Positions 1 through 12,800 of a stretch of DNA of 64,000 nucleotides are shown here, in pieces. The stretch spans positions 30,550,099-30,614,098 of the forward strand of contig JAUZTB010000066.1 of assembly GCA_034780895.1 (NCBI GenBank). Direction: 5' to 3'. Each line of letters begins with the position of its first letter. The stretch's first letter is position 1. A program made the position numbers and the translations under genes. The notes below the pieces were generated by a model. The model did not search any database, was not told the DNA's origin, and worked only from the letters and a program-made list of their open reading frames with translations. The stretch is from Rhynchobatus australiae (taxonomy: Eukaryota).

Positions 1-110
1 CAAAACATCGACCGTTTATTTCCCTCCACGGATGCTGCCTGACCCACTGAGCTCCTTTGGCACTTTTTGTGTATTGCTCCAGATTCCAGTATCTGCAGAA
101 TTTCTTGTGC
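1..110 (+). repeat. Penelope-terminal-repeat-type short repeat (3' half)
   Basis: ccacggatgctgcctgacccactgagctcc...gctccagattccagtatctgcag; same family as 31528-31615. Confidence 0.75.
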
Positions 111-385
111 CCCTGTAACAAGAGCTACACAAATCCAGAGGGCATAGGGTCGGGTAAGAAGTTGTGCCAGTGGAGAACACTTTATCAGTTCCCCGTTGTA
201 CTTCCAACACCTCTTTATTTTTGCCTGTCACTAATTTCTTTGTGCACTTAACCACAATGGAGCGTTACCTTGCTGTGCCCACATTTTCAGCCCTGTTACT
301 TCTGAATGGCGGGTGATGAATATAAACTGATGTTTTGTTTATTGTAGAATAAGATTTGTTGATGTGAATGCTTGTCTTTTTTCAG

Positions 386-433
386 CATGAATTATACATC
401 AGAGCCTTTCAGATGCTGTCAGACTTCCCACCT
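386..433 (+). CDS. BCKDK: BCKDK coding exon (first in window), HELYIRAFQMLSDFPP
   Basis: tttttcag acceptor and GTGAGT donor; 48 nt, phase 0/0. Peptide matches BCKDK HELYIRAFQKLTDFPP. Confidence 0.96.
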
Positions 434-575
434 GTGAGTATAACTGTGTCCATTTCCTCACCAGTCCCTTTTATAATCTTCATTATTCCATGGCGATAGG
501 CCTTCCTGCTGTTTAAGACTAACGTTGCACATCTGGCAGTAAAATGGTGATTCTCCTTTACAATTGTTCCCACAG

Positions 576-695
576 ATCACCGATGGAAAGACAGAGGCTC
601 AGTACGGAAAGATGATTCGACAGCTTCTTGATGATCACAAGGATGTTGTCACAATGCTGGCTGAAGGTTTCAAAGAATGCCGTAAACATATCCAG
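576..695 (+). CDS. BCKDK: BCKDK coding exon, [40 protein letters not shown]
   Basis: cccacag acceptor and GTAGAT donor; 120 nt in frame. Contains the [12 protein letters not shown] signature. Confidence 0.97.
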
Positions 696-999
696 GTAGA
701 TTCTCCACGAAGCATTTAACTCTCTCATGTCCCATCCCTGCCAGAGTAAGTCATCAATGATTCAAAGCTATTGGAATGCTGTAACACAGCCATTGTGAGC
801 AGGGCCAGTTTAGTGGTGCTGTGTCAATTGGTACATCAGCAAACTCTCCAGATTTGACCTGGGACCTTTGGTAATTGATGAAAGTTATTGAGGGTCCATA
901 GATTTTGGAAGGCCTGCTGTCCAGAGCCCTCGTCTCAGCCAAAACCAGCCTTTCACACTTCAGGTTCCAAATGTTGTGTGCACACAAGACATCGAGCTA

Positions 1000-1640
1000 C
1001 ATGTACACCAATGGGAGGCTGCAGCTTCAGAGATGTCATGGTCAGCACATTGGAAAAGTTCCTGTATGTGTCAGTTGGTAGGGCTCCACTCTAACCCAGT
1101 CCAAGTGGAGAGTATTCTTGTATAATGCTGACTTGTGCCTTGTAGGGGGTAGGGAATCAGCTGAGTTACACGTTGTAGAATACCAGCCTCTCACTTGATC
1201 TTATTATTTATGGCTGTTCCAATTGATGGTGACTAATACCTCTCTCCCACCTCTGCCTGGATGTTGTTAATAATGCTGTTCAGTGTCAGGGGAGAGATGC
1301 CTTTCCTCTGACTTGTTGGAGGTGGACATTGATTGCCTGGCACTTGTGTGGTGTGAATTATATTTGCCACTTAGCAACCTAAGCCTGAATGCTGTACTGG
1401 TCTTTCTGTATCTTGGCACAGATTGCACATTATCTGAGGAACTATGAATGGAATTGAACATAGTCTTTCATCAGTGAACATCCCTGCTTATAACGTTATG
1501 ATGGAGGAAAGATCAATGAAGTAGCAGGTTAAGATGGCTGAGCCTAGGACACTGCCCCGAGGAACTCTCGTTCTGGGGCTAAGTTAAATAACTTCCAAAC
1601 TACCTTCCTTTTGTGTCAGACATAACTCCAGCTAAACCAC
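1000..1640 (-). mobile_element. Decayed CR1/L2-group LINE RT fragment
   Basis: Minus strand reads VPRGSVLGSAILTCYFIDLSSII..GMFTD, a degenerate GVPQGSVLGP..FADD. Boundaries approximate. Confidence 0.6.
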
Positions 1641-1996
1641 CACAGATGCAAACACCAAAGTGTTAGTAAGTACTTGTAGGTTATCCTCACAGGGGGAAAA
1701 AAAAATCTGAAAACGTCTTGTAACTTGCTTTGTGAACACTTTCTGTGAGGCACATATCATAAATAGTGTTGATGTCCTAAATACCAACTGGTGCATGGCC
1801 CAGTCACATCAAAAAAAAAGCACCACAAAGATAGGTTAATTAGCATCTGAGAAATTAGATCGACAATATAAAAGGAGCTGTTTTCTGAATAAGATTACAC
1901 CAGGCCTCCCTATTTTCATCCTGAATTTAAATTTCCATTTTTTTTATCTTTGACATTTGGACTTAAATGTAGGAGTCTTGATTAATTTGTCGCCAC

Positions 1997-2250
1997 GGCA
2001 CGGTGCGTATCAGTTAGCGCGACGCTATTACAGCGCCAGCGATCAGGGTTCGATTCCTGTCGCTGTCTGTAAGGAGTTTGTACGTTCTCCCGTGTCTGCG
2101 TGGGTTTCCTCCGGGTGCTTCGGATTCCTCCCACATTCTAAAGAAGTATGGGTAGGTTAATTTAGGGTTTAAAAAAAATGGGCGGCACGGACTTGTTGGG
2201 CCAGAAGGGCCTGTTACCACGCTGTAAATAAAATTTAAAATTTAAAAAAA
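1997..2250 (+). mobile_element. tRNA-derived V-SINE (HE1-like), near full length, CpG-rich and probably young
   Basis: A-box-like head; B box GGTTCGATTCC at 2047-2057; V-domain gtgggtttcctccgggtgct..ttcctcccaca; LINE-type tail gggccagaagggcctgtt; A/T-rich end. Confidence 0.85.
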
Positions 2251-2359
2251 AATTCAAACTGGCTGTGTGGTTTATAGTGAGGAATGACCTTCTAAGCTGC
2301 ACTAAGGTGTCAGTGAACTGGGTGGGTGGGCGCAAAAGTGGAAGGAGGAGTTCTTTCTG

Positions 2360-2830
2360 GAGAGCACTCCACAGATCCCTAAAGGTAGCAGGAGAGGTAG
2401 TTAAAATGGTTAAGGTGGTGTTCGGGATGCTTGCCTTTTATAGGCCAAGGTATGAAATATAACAGCAGCAAAGTTGTGCTCAATTGTATAAAACAATCAG
2501 GTGATGGGTAGAGTCCTATGTAAGTTGTAGACTCCTTGTTACAGGAAGGACGTGAGAAGGTGCAGAGGTGATTTATGAGGATGTCACCTGTGCTGGGATA
2601 TTATAGTTGTGAAGAGAGACTGATCTGGCAGTGGTTGTTGTTTTTAGAGACTGCGATGTTCAAAATTATGAAAGGCATAGATAGGATGAATAGTTGAGGA
2701 CTTGCTCCCTTTGGGGAGAGGTTGATAATGAGGAGAAGATGAATTTAATTGGTAGAAGGGTTAGGAGGAAAGTTGAGGGGGATATAAACACACGAGATCT
2801 GGAACTCGCTCAGGATCTCTACAACACCTG
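2360..2830 (+). mobile_element. Decayed CR1-like LINE 3' part
   Basis: cacagatccctaaaggtagcaggagaggtag..., acaggaaggacgtg..gtgcagaggtgatttatgaggatg, ttcaaaattatgaaaggcatagatagg; homologous to other CR1 copies in this window. Confidence 0.7.
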
Positions 2831-2988
2831 GGTGAACCCTTGAAGGTTCACAATGTATGAGGCTGCGTATGACCTTTGTCGGCTTAAAGCCAGCTGCAAA
2901 ATCTAATTGCAGATGAATGAAAATCAAAAAAAACCTTTGGGCGCTGGAAATCTGACACAAGAACAGAAAATGCTTGAAAAAACTCAGC

Positions 2989-3434
2989 CTTACGAGGATG
3001 ATGCTGGGACTGAGTTATGGAGAGAGGTTGAGCAGGTTGGGACTTGATTCATTGCAGTGTAGGAGAATGAGGGGTGATCTTAGAGGTGCATAAAATCAGG
3101 AGGGGCATAGATAGGATCAATGTCCACAGTCTTTGTCCCAGGGTTAGGGAATCGAGAACTAGAGGGCACAGGTTTAAGGCGAGAGGGGAGAGATTTAACA
3201 AGAACCCAAGGAGCAACTTTTTCACCCAGGGGTGGTCAGCATATGGAATGAGCTGCTGCAGGAAGTGGTTGAGGCAGGTACATTAACGTTTAAAAGGTAC
3301 TTGGACAGGTACGTGGATAGGAAAGGTTTAGAGGGATATGGGCCAAACATGGGCAAATGGGACCAACTTAGATGGGAATCTTGGCTGGCATGGACCAGTT
3401 GGGCTGAAGGGCCTGTTTCCATGCTGTATGACTC
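2989..3434 (+). mobile_element. CR1-like LINE 3' end, 5'-truncated and well preserved
   Basis: ORFs 3074 and 3232 encode RTRGHRFK..ERFNKNPRSNFFTQ and WNELLQEVVEAGTLTFKRYLD; tail gggctgaagggcctgtttccatgctgtatgactc. Confidence 0.9.
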
Positions 3435-3842
3435 CAGGTAGCATCTGTGGGAAGAGAAACGGTCAATGTTTTGGTTCTGACACCCTTTGTCAAAAGGAGT
3501 TCTTGTCTGTGACCTGTTCTGACAAAGGGTCACAGATTGGAAGCATTGACTGTTTTTTCACACAGATGCTGCCTGACCTGCTGAGTTTTTCTGGCATTTT
3601 CTGCTCCTATTATGTAATTCCAAGATACTGATGTGCCTGTGAACCCGGGGCTGCAGGAGGTGAATAAGACTGAGCAGGGGAACCAGCAGCTTATCTTTCA
3701 AATGACCCTCTGTTCCCTTCTGCTACAAGTAGTACGACTGGTTGTAAAGTGGTTGGCATCGCTGTGGGGCTGAGTAACACTATGCCTGGCCCCATTCCCC
3801 TGTAACTTTTGCAGTGAGCCACAGGATTGCTTTGTTTTGCAG

Positions 3843-3941
3843 GACGAGTCATTAATCCGTTCTTTCCTGGACAACACCTTGACCTCCCGGTTGGGAATCC
3901 GTATGCTGGCAACACATCACCTGACCCTATACGAGGATAAT
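3843..3941 (+). CDS. BCKDK: BCKDK coding exon, [33 protein letters not shown]
   Basis: ttttgcag acceptor and GTAAGT donor; 99 nt. Contains the PDK/BCKDK-family motif [14 protein letters not shown]. Confidence 0.97.
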
Positions 3942-4819
3942 GTAAGTGCATAATAGGAAGATAAAGATCTTAAGCAGCCTGTTCAGGAAAGTAGTGAATT
4001 GCATGGTAGTGTTCATTTTCATTTGCAACTGAACAGTTTATGATGGGCTTAGCTAGGTATCTCTCCAAGAGGTGAAACAGCACTCAACAGGCAACCCACC
4101 AACTGTTCTGAGTTCTGCTCCACTGTAAATCCTACCACTCTAACACTGCTTTCGTACAAGTTCAGTTGGACTGGCGTCGTTTACACGGCTATATCCAGCT
4201 TCCTTGTGTCACTGGCAGATTTGTCAACGAGGCTTCTCGGAGAAGTTTACTCGCAAAGCCACTTGCTGATTCATGGCCAGCTGTCACCCAGCATTCATGG
4301 AAACCAGCACTCAACAGTCTGAGGCAGTGTACAGTTACAGTAATACTCTGATAAGCTGGCACCCTTGGGACTTTGGTCGTGCCTGTCTTGCAGATTTCCC
4401 AGACGTTTTGTTACTTGTTACGCAGTATCATAAATCTTCTGGTGAACCCACGGAGTTTAAAGGAAGTGTGACACGTAGAAGCAGCTGGACCCCGACCCTG
4501 GCTGTAAACCTACCCACCTTCCCGTCCTTGTTGTTCTGGACCCCAGCCCCTGCCACGCACTCCGTCCACAGTGCAGACCCCAGTCACACTGCACTTTGGA
4601 CTTGCCGCTCTGGCCGCACACCTTGCTTCGACTCTGGACCTTTAGGTCATATCTGGACTACTGGGTGAGGCATATGTGGACCATCAGGAGTTCTGAACCA
4701 TCAAATGCAGGATTATTGGAGTTTTACTGTACGTCTTGGGTATTTGACTACTCTTCAATTAGGAAAAGGAACTTGGTGGAGAATAGGAGAGAGAATTACT
4801 TAAATGTTAGTTTAGAAAA

Positions 4820-4994
4820 GAGAAAGGACTGCAGATGCTGGAATCTAGATGAAAAACACGACNNNNNNNNNNNNNNNNNNNNNNNNNNNNNNNNNNNNNN
4901 NNNNNNNNNNNNNNNNNNGTCAACGTTTCGGGTCAGGACCCTTCTTCAGAATTGAAGATAGAAAAAGGGGAAGCCCCATATGTAGGAGGGAAAA
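4820..4994 (-). mobile_element. Short Penelope-terminal-repeat-type insertion with hammerhead-like core and 11-bp direct flanks
   Basis: AGTTTAGAAAA at 4809-4819 and 4995-5005. Minus-strand core CTGAAGA-A-GGGTC-CT-GACCC-GAAAC at 4949-4925. Confidence 0.7.
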
Positions 4995-6528
4995 AGTTTA
5001 GAAAATATGTGTGTGGATATTCTGTGGGATGAATCCTATGCACTGTGTGTTGCTAAGTCGATATCTCCAAGTGGCTCCATCTGCGTAACGATTACATCAC
5101 AAGACTCAGCATTCAGGGTGTGGCAACAAATACCCAGAGGATTAAAAATTTCCTGTGGCACCAGAATAGGAGGTAAATTGTCAATGAAGGGCGAGTTCAA
5201 CGAAGAACTATTTCAGTATGAACTTTGGTTTGGAAATTTGGAAATGGCCCCTTTATAAGGCAGGTAGGGCAAAACTTAATGCTGCATCTAAAAGATGATT
5301 GTGCCTTGAAAGTCAAGTTAAACTAGCAACATGCAGTGGACCAACTAGGTTGCCTACATAGTCCATGGTCTCAATATTCTGTTGCTAAGGTATTGTGTGA
5401 GGTGGAATAGGTGTGTACACTTTGTCTTCATGGAGGAACATGTGTAATTTGGGGAATGGAGGTCACTGTGGCAAGAAGAGGTGTGTGGATGGTTAGAGGA
5501 GAGAGCTTCAATTGACAGAAAATAGACTGGGACATTGGTGGATGAAGGTGTTGGGAGCGAGCTGGGCTGCTGAGAGAAGTTGTAATCATTTGGTATGTGG
5601 GACATCGGAGTTGCAATTAGTCTTGAGTGAAGTGGTAAGTACTCAAGTTTGACTGCATCTAAGATCTTAAGTGGACCTAATTCTGAGAGGATTGGGGTGT
5701 CAACTTCCATAGCAATGAGCCAAGTAATTCCGATTCGCCTGGAAGCGGGTCTCACGCACATTGTGAGAATCTGTCCCTATGTGGGAAGTGTACTGTTTCC
5801 AGACGTAACACACTCGCATATTAATTTTAAGTAACTGACTTCCAAACATACAATGAATGATGGATGTTACTGGGCACCTCCATGTGCCTTTGTGTGTCAC
5901 ATAGTCATATGCACAGAAGGTCTGGGCCAAAAATGGTCACTATGTGACCCGCATACTAAGGTAAGTGCAGTTGACTTGAATTGTAAATTTGATGCAAAAA
6001 TCTTGGGCTAGAATTTCAAGACCAACACATCAGGCAGCCTGGGGTTTGTGCTGGGGCCTTCTTACTCAAAGATGAGAATACGGTGGCTGACATTGTTGGG
6101 CTCTGAGGTTTATGCTTTCCATGAATGGTTATAATTAATTACTTAACTCTGTCAAGAATAAATTAAATACATTTTCATATCCAAGCCCAGTTTCAGTAAA
6201 ACTAAATGTGGGAGGCAGAGGTTATCTCAAAATATTTGTTTGCCTCAAAATTAATATCATTAATTCTGTCCTCTGTTCTGCTATGGAAATCACTTTTATT
6301 CATTGCAGCCTGAATAAATGATATACAGATAACTGAACTAGGAAATGCTACTGCAGATGTGAAGAGATCTCTCGATAGAGTGAGATGAACCTTGGTGAGA
6401 GGATGCCCCTGTTTGTCATTAACAGTGGCATAGACCATTTGGGCTAAATGCCTCTGTGCCTTAAACTCAAAGTAATCTCTTTCCTCAAATCCTTTGCTGA
6501 AGATTGCTCACCTGTTTTCTTTCTGCAG

Positions 6529-6602
6529 CCTGACTTTGTGGGAATTATCTGCACACGACTATCTCCGAAGAGGATCATTGAGAGATGGGTGGACTTTGCT
6601 CG
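6529..6602 (+). CDS. BCKDK: BCKDK coding exon, [24 protein letters not shown](R)
   Basis: ttctgcag acceptor and GTAAGT donor; 74 nt, phase 0/2. Confidence 0.97.
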
Positions 6603-7489
6603 GTAAGTGTTTCTTCAGACGATGCTGGGAGGGATCCTTCAGGGAAAGGCTGCTGGTGTGACACCTTGTGGATTGCTGGGCTCCTGACTGGGAAGTTGGG
6701 TGACAAAAGATTGGGGCTTGTGCTTGTCCGGAGTTCATAGTCCTTGGGACGTGGATCCTCTCCACTGAGCTACACTTGAAACAATGACCCACGTTATCAC
6801 AAATGTCCTTCATCCAGTCACAGACTTATGTTTTTATCGTCACTGCTTACCTCCTATGGGTAAAAGCATTGATTGCTTCTTATCTGTTAGCCACCACTAT
6901 TTTCCACATCCATCACTGTGTGTCTATGGCAAAATAATATTTGCACATAAAATAGATGCTGGCGATTCACTGACCTGCTAATTTTTGCATTCTGAAGATT
7001 GGTTTTGTTTTGCTAATGTATGAAGATTGGACTGTTAGTTTAATATGAGCAGTGTATCTAAATGATAATATGACATGGGATGTGGTTATCTGAAACTAAA
7101 CCAGAACCTGCTGGAGATACTTAAGTCTCTCAGCTTACTGTGGGACAACAGATCAGTTAAGGATTTTACCATCTGAATTAGATTGTATACACCTCCCACT
7201 GAAAGTGCCTCTCTGACTGTTTCCAAATGTTTCTTGCTTCTTTAGATCTTGGTCATCTGCTGCTTGTTGCTTTTTATTAAGAAATCACACTTTGTATTTT
7301 TCTTTTAGACCGATTTCTAAATTGGTGTAAAGAATCATACCATAGCCAGATTATTCGATACATTTGGGGAAACAAAAATTACATTGAGAATATGTTCTAC
7401 AACCTGAGGATGTCCATAATGTTTGGAAGTCAGCAGGGAAATATGGCGTCTCATTTGTGATCCTTAGACTGCAGTGTGTTAATGGTCAG

Positions 7490-7740
7490 CTAATCTTCTA
7501 TTAGTGACATTGGTTGAAGGGTCACTGTACAAACTCTCCTCTCATTAGAATCATGCAGTTGGATACTTAATGTTCATCTGAAAGGACAGATGATCTCAGT
7601 TTAATATCTCATTCAAAGAGCACCTCTGTATTATGCCAGACAGTCCGTACTGCACTGGAGTGTCACCTGGTTACTGTGCTCATTTCCCTGAAGGTGAAAC
7701 AACACTTTGCTCCCTCCAAATTAAGAGTGCCACCACATTG
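7490..7740 (-). mobile_element. Ancient Deu-domain SINE (SacSINE1/AmnSINE1-like), decayed
   Basis: ctcagtttaatatctcattcaaagagcacctc..gtactgcactggagtgtcacctgg resembles the reverse SacSINE1-type body as recalled. Confidence 0.55.
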
Positions 7741-7825
7741 AACAGGAAATTGGAACAGATGAATTACCTTTTAGCATTCTCCTCAAGATGGCATTGGTTA
7801 GGACATGGGAGTAAATTACCTAAAC

Positions 7826-8165
7826 TGAAAACACAAAGTGCTGGAAATACTCAACATGGCAGGCAGAATCTGTGGAACGGGGAACAGAATTAATATTTCT
7901 GGTCAGAAGATAAACTGCTCGAGGAACTCAGCGGGTCAGGCGGCATCTGTGGATGCAAAGGAAAAGCCTCCACAGATGCCGGCTGACCAGCAGTTTGATT
8001 TTTGCTCCAGAGTCCAGCATCTGCAGCCTCTTGTGTCAGCATTTCAGGTCAGTGACCTTGCATCAATTTTGGTGAAAGACCTGAAATATTAACTCCATAC
8101 CTCTTTCCACAAGCTCTGCAATTTTAGCATTGTCTGTTTTTATTTCAGGTTTCCAGCATCTGCAA
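7826..8165. repeat. Nested inverted copies of the GATGCTGCCTGACCTGCTGAG repeat family
   Basis: Outer arms (gctggaaatactc.. / ..atttcaggtttccagcatctgca) enclose an inner pair ggtcaggcggcatctgtgga / tccacagatgccggctgacc. Confidence 0.7.
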
Positions 8166-9619
8166 TATTGTTGAGTAAGTTGCTGATCTGTTTTACTCTG
8201 GGTGAGGGATTGTTACTAAATTGCAGGTGATCAATTTGCTTCTTTGTAATGTGCACCCACTTCTTTAGGATACCCTAGGGGCAATCAAAACCTGGCCAGG
8301 GTGTTAGCATAGCCCAGTGTTTTCTAAGTTACTGGGAACTTCAGACCAGATTCTGTGTTCCAGTAAAAAATTGTGGGTCTACTCGTGTACCTTATTATAG
8401 ATCTGTCTTGCTCTGTTACGCATTTTGCCTCTTCGAAATGTGGCAGGCTAATACACAGAACAGCGGTACGTTTGCTGATGTTCCATGTGCAACTGGAACT
8501 GATGACATTCGAGCATGTTTACACGTGCAAACTAATGTTCACTGGAAATGGTTAATACAAGAGTAACCCATTAATTACGTGGGCTTGCAGCTGGTTCAAA
8601 TTTTTGGAAACCTTTTCCTGTGTACTTCATCCAATGGGGTGTTCTGGAACTGGCCTGGAACCATGAAGATATCATCACTGCTTTAGATCTTATCAAGACA
8701 GATTATCTTATGAGTTTTAACATGTTGCAGATGTGCAATGCTTAATCAGAAGTTCTGGCTGCATGGTACTTTGGTGTCTAGAATCGGATAGGTCACGGTT
8801 ACAATCTGAACAAGACGCGATGTGTGTTTGTCAGTCACCCAGCAGTTTGTAACAGGCCAAGTGCAGCATTAAAAGTCAGTAATCTTGTCATTGCTTTTCA
8901 TGTGCAGGGCATGTTGAAATAAACAAGCTTCCTCCATTTCTGCACAATGTTACAAACACTCAGTGCTGAAATGGAACATTGGAGCCTGGGCAATGAGATG
9001 AGCTGTACTTTTGTGGAAGTTATTCCCAAAATTGCTGCATTGCATTTTCCTTGGCTTTTTAGTCCAGCCACAGACTTTGATGCATAGAAATTTAATCCTT
9101 TTTTGTCTTTGTCCCATTTCATTATCTTTACTGTACCTCCATCTATCATTCTGTGACTAATGAATTCTAGAGTACTGTCAAGCCACCTGCAACTGCCAAA
9201 GTGAAAAGCTCCTGAACTTGTTAACACTGGGGGGAATTGAACAGAACCCGGGGAAGGGTGTAGAAAGAAAATTAAACTTTTAATTTTGTTTTATGTTAAA
9301 TTATAATAACTTCAGAGCAAGCCCAGGTAGAAGATTAAGAAGAAAGTGACAGAAGTCCTCTTTGGCCCCAGTTATCTCTTCTGAAAGCATTAACCCGCAC
9401 AGGTTTTGGGTTCATGAGTATTAACCACATCCTAACTATCCTTAACTCGTTGTATGTGAGCCATGTCACAGCAGCCTTTGCCTTGGAAGAAGTTGCTGGA
9501 CAGTATTTAGAAGGAGCAAACAAGACTGATCTTCTCCCTCACTGCTGCAGAAACGCTGGTGTTGTTTTCCATTGGCGCACTTTGTGATTTGAGCCCAGGA
9601 CCTTCCTGCTCCTCGTGTA

Positions 9620-9854
9620 CCCAGCCAATCCTCTATTTACGGGAGGGATGTGTCCCTGAAAAATGTACATTGTGGAATTTTATAGATCAAAAAGTGTGGG
9701 TGAAATGCATTATCGGGATTATGTTATAATGTATTCCAATGGGCAGAGAGCGATACACTATTTGTTACAGCGAAAAATAGTAGTAAATTGAAGACGTGTA
9801 CCCCAAGAGTCAATAACGTGAAAGTGAATATTTGTAGTTTGAGGAATATCTGTA
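9620..9854. mobile_element. Possible decayed Tigger/pogo-like MITE
   Basis: Imperfect terminal inverted ends cagccaatcctctatttac / gtagtttgaggaatatctg+ta. Confidence 0.3.
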
Positions 9855-12800
9855 GGTCATTTCATATCCTAACTCAAATTGTTTGAGAGCTGAAATGAAG
9901 TTGCTTTGAGAGGCCAAACTTCTCATGGCATTACAAATAGCACTGAAGTAATTATAAAGAGTGTGGGAATGGGACTGATGGGATTGGAATTCTGGGAGCT
10001 GGCATCAACCCAATGGCACGAATGACCTCCTCTGCCATAAAATAAGTAACTGGTAATTAATGTGTACTGGTTGAGTGACGAAGGTTGGCTGGTGCACTGG
10101 AACATTTTATTCTTCCCTCCACTTGTTCTCTGCATCATAAATCTTGCTTTGTTTCGATAAAAGGCCACTGACCAGGAAACGGTTTCCTCTCTTCCCGCAG
10201 ATGCTGCCAGACCTGTGGAATGTTTCCAGTATATTCTGTTTTTATCTCTGGGCGGGTGATGTGTGAAAGCTGAGCAGTAGCTGACCATACCCCTTTACAG
10301 CCAGGAGCCTGTTGTTGCGGTGAAGCATAGAATGTTCCTCACAGACTATGGTGTTACACTCGTGGGTTCACACAGTGGTGAGACTGCTTTCAGTATATAA
10401 ATAGAATAGTTGTACTAGAACATAGAAATACGTATCATTCGTGGCAATCCATTTACTGTGAGCAGCCAGTTTTAAATCTGCCAAGGTTTCTGTGTGAACA
10501 CCAGCCACTGAGCTGCTGCAGGAGTCAATATGAGACAGAAATCAGAGGCACCTCTACCATTTCAACGCAGGCTGATGCTGTGGGAATTACTCCGTGTCTC
10601 CCAATGTAGTGAATGTACAGCAGTAAGCTGGAAACTTGAGCAGTTAAACAAATGACAGTAAACGAGAACATTGTTGTCGTTCTTTCCTTGGATTTGGCTC
10701 ATGGCCCAATTGGAGGCTTCACTGGCTCAATGGATGATTGTAGGACCTCCCCCAGGTTAGGCTGACACTCCAGAGAGGTGCCTTGAGTGGGTCAAACAAG
10801 GGGATGGCAGATCTGAAGGGGAGAGGTCAATACGTGACGACTGGGAGCTATTCATAGTGGATAACACTGGGGCCGCAAGGAGGTGTGAGAGGGGGTGCGG
10901 AGTTCAACAGTTTGGCAGAAATGGGAATGATGGAGCTGTAGGTGGATGTGGATAGGATGAGGCCAGAGATCCCATAAAGTGGAAAAATTAGGGAAGGTTG
11001 GGAACTCGGGCTGGGGAAGGCGGGGAACATCAGTGGAAGCTTGAACTGATGAGTCAGAGGAGGCAGAGCTGAGGTGGCAGTGGAGGCAGGTTCAGTCCTT
11101 CCATTTAAAAGGAAGCTGGATGTAACTGAAAGGAAAGAGTTTGTAGGGCTGCAGGGAGTGGAACTAACTGGATTGTCCTTGAATGGAGTTGATGCAGACC
11201 TAGTGGGCTGAAAGGCCTCCTTGCATGTTGTAACCACTCTGATTCTATCTTAACTGCCTACGTTCTAGCTTGCTGCCAGAAACATCTGCAGTGAGAAATC
11301 ACAGTAACTGGCACCCATTCTGGGGTTGTGCAGTGCCTTAGAGCCTTCCGAGCAGCACAGAAAGGTGCGGTGAATCATACCCGGTCATGCTGTTGATGAG
11401 ACATTAGCAGGCACATGGTAAATGTTTGCTGAAAACGCAAAGATTAGGCAGATTGTGACATCGGGCAGTGTGGAACATTGAATTGAAGCCAGGCCTTTTT
11501 GGAATTCCAGCCAAACTCCCACTCTTAATCCCAAAGGATTAAATATGTGCTCAGTGATAGGAAGGACAACTCACTGCCACCGCACACCATCCAATTGTCA
11601 GTGGTTAGGGAGCCTGTTGATATCTTCTAGCTTTTGCTGTGATTTTTTTTTTCCCAAACGTTTTGCGCTTTCTGCGCAGGTTTCCAGTTCTATTTCATCT
11701 CATTGCTTTACGTTGGTGGGGGGGTGGAGGTTGCTGCTGTGTCGGATGGAAGGGTTAGATCGATCTTAGAGCAGGATAAGATGTCAGCACAACATTGTGG
11801 GCCGAAGGGCCTGTAGTGTTCTGTGTGATGACTTTTCTTGAACTGCAGCTGCTGCTGTTAATTATAAAGCAAACCGATGACAGCTCATGGCAATGTCCCA
11901 GTGACGGGAAATGAACGTAACTGGTGACACTGGGTGAAATATTCATCAAGACATCAGGAAACTCCCTCCCTCTTTGGATGGTGCTGTGGACTCTTTAATG
12001 ATTGGCATCACAACCAAACAATGGACTATTGTTAATTGAAGTGAAATCAGGTAAATGCTTCAATGTAAATATCGAAGGAGAGAGAGAGAAAGGGATTGGA
12101 GAAGGTTGTTTTGACGCACAACCCTCTGTGGACTGAGTATCCTCTGCTGCCGTTTCCTTGATTCTGTGAGGAGCAGGAACAGGCCACTCGGGCCCTCGAG
12201 TCTGTCCTACCGTTCAATATGATCATAGTTGACCTGCCCCAGCCTTCATATCCTTTTCCCTGCCAGTTCCCCAAGCCCTGAATTCCTCGATATTTTTCCC
12301 CCCCAAAAATGTATCTCCCTCCAGTGATGCAGCCTCCACACCCTCCAGGTTAGAGTTCTAGAGGTTCACCACCCATCATCAACACGAGGCTGAGACACCT
12401 TGCCGTTCAAATTAAGAGTTCAAGTGCCCACTGAATATCTTTAGAACAATGTTAATTAGAAGGCAGGCATTCAGTGACTTGTGTGACAATGATGTGAGGG
12501 TGACGCGGATTGAGTTCAGGGGCAGCTGTGGGAAATAGTGCTGATTCCAAAGCTCATTGACGCACAAAGGAGCAATCAGCAACCTCTCCTCCTGGGGTTG
12601 TGGTGGTAAGGGGAAGAACGGGTTTGGGGGACAAAAATTGGTCCATTGAGGAACGAGGCACTTGCCCTCTTCTGTCACAGTTTGTATTATTTTTCAGCAC
12701 TTACCAGAGCACAGAAAAATCTAGACCTTGTTCTTCCCGATTCTATACTGGCCAAGTTGACAACTGCCAGATTTCAAATACCATTTGAACTCATTGAATT

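Noticed and set aside
1997-2070. tRNA gene
   Set aside because: The A/B boxes belong to the head of a V-SINE and continue directly into the SINE body.
4273-4668. 131-aa ORF with recurring ctggacccc-like motifs
   Set aside because: No recognisable protein; loosely repeated motifs without regular period; not CRISPR-like; possibly an unclassified repeat.
5803-5966. Consensus donor AAG/GTAAGT at 5958-5966 as a possible poison exon; similar GAG/GTAAGT near 26780
   Set aside because: Weak acceptor context and no other support; expected by chance in long introns.
8490-8530. CTGATGA box and TGTTTACACGTG (FOX plus E-box) as snoRNA, ribozyme or ChoRE
   Set aside because: No D box with terminal stem, no GAAA box with stems, and the spacing does not fit a ChoRE; single short motifs are uninformative.
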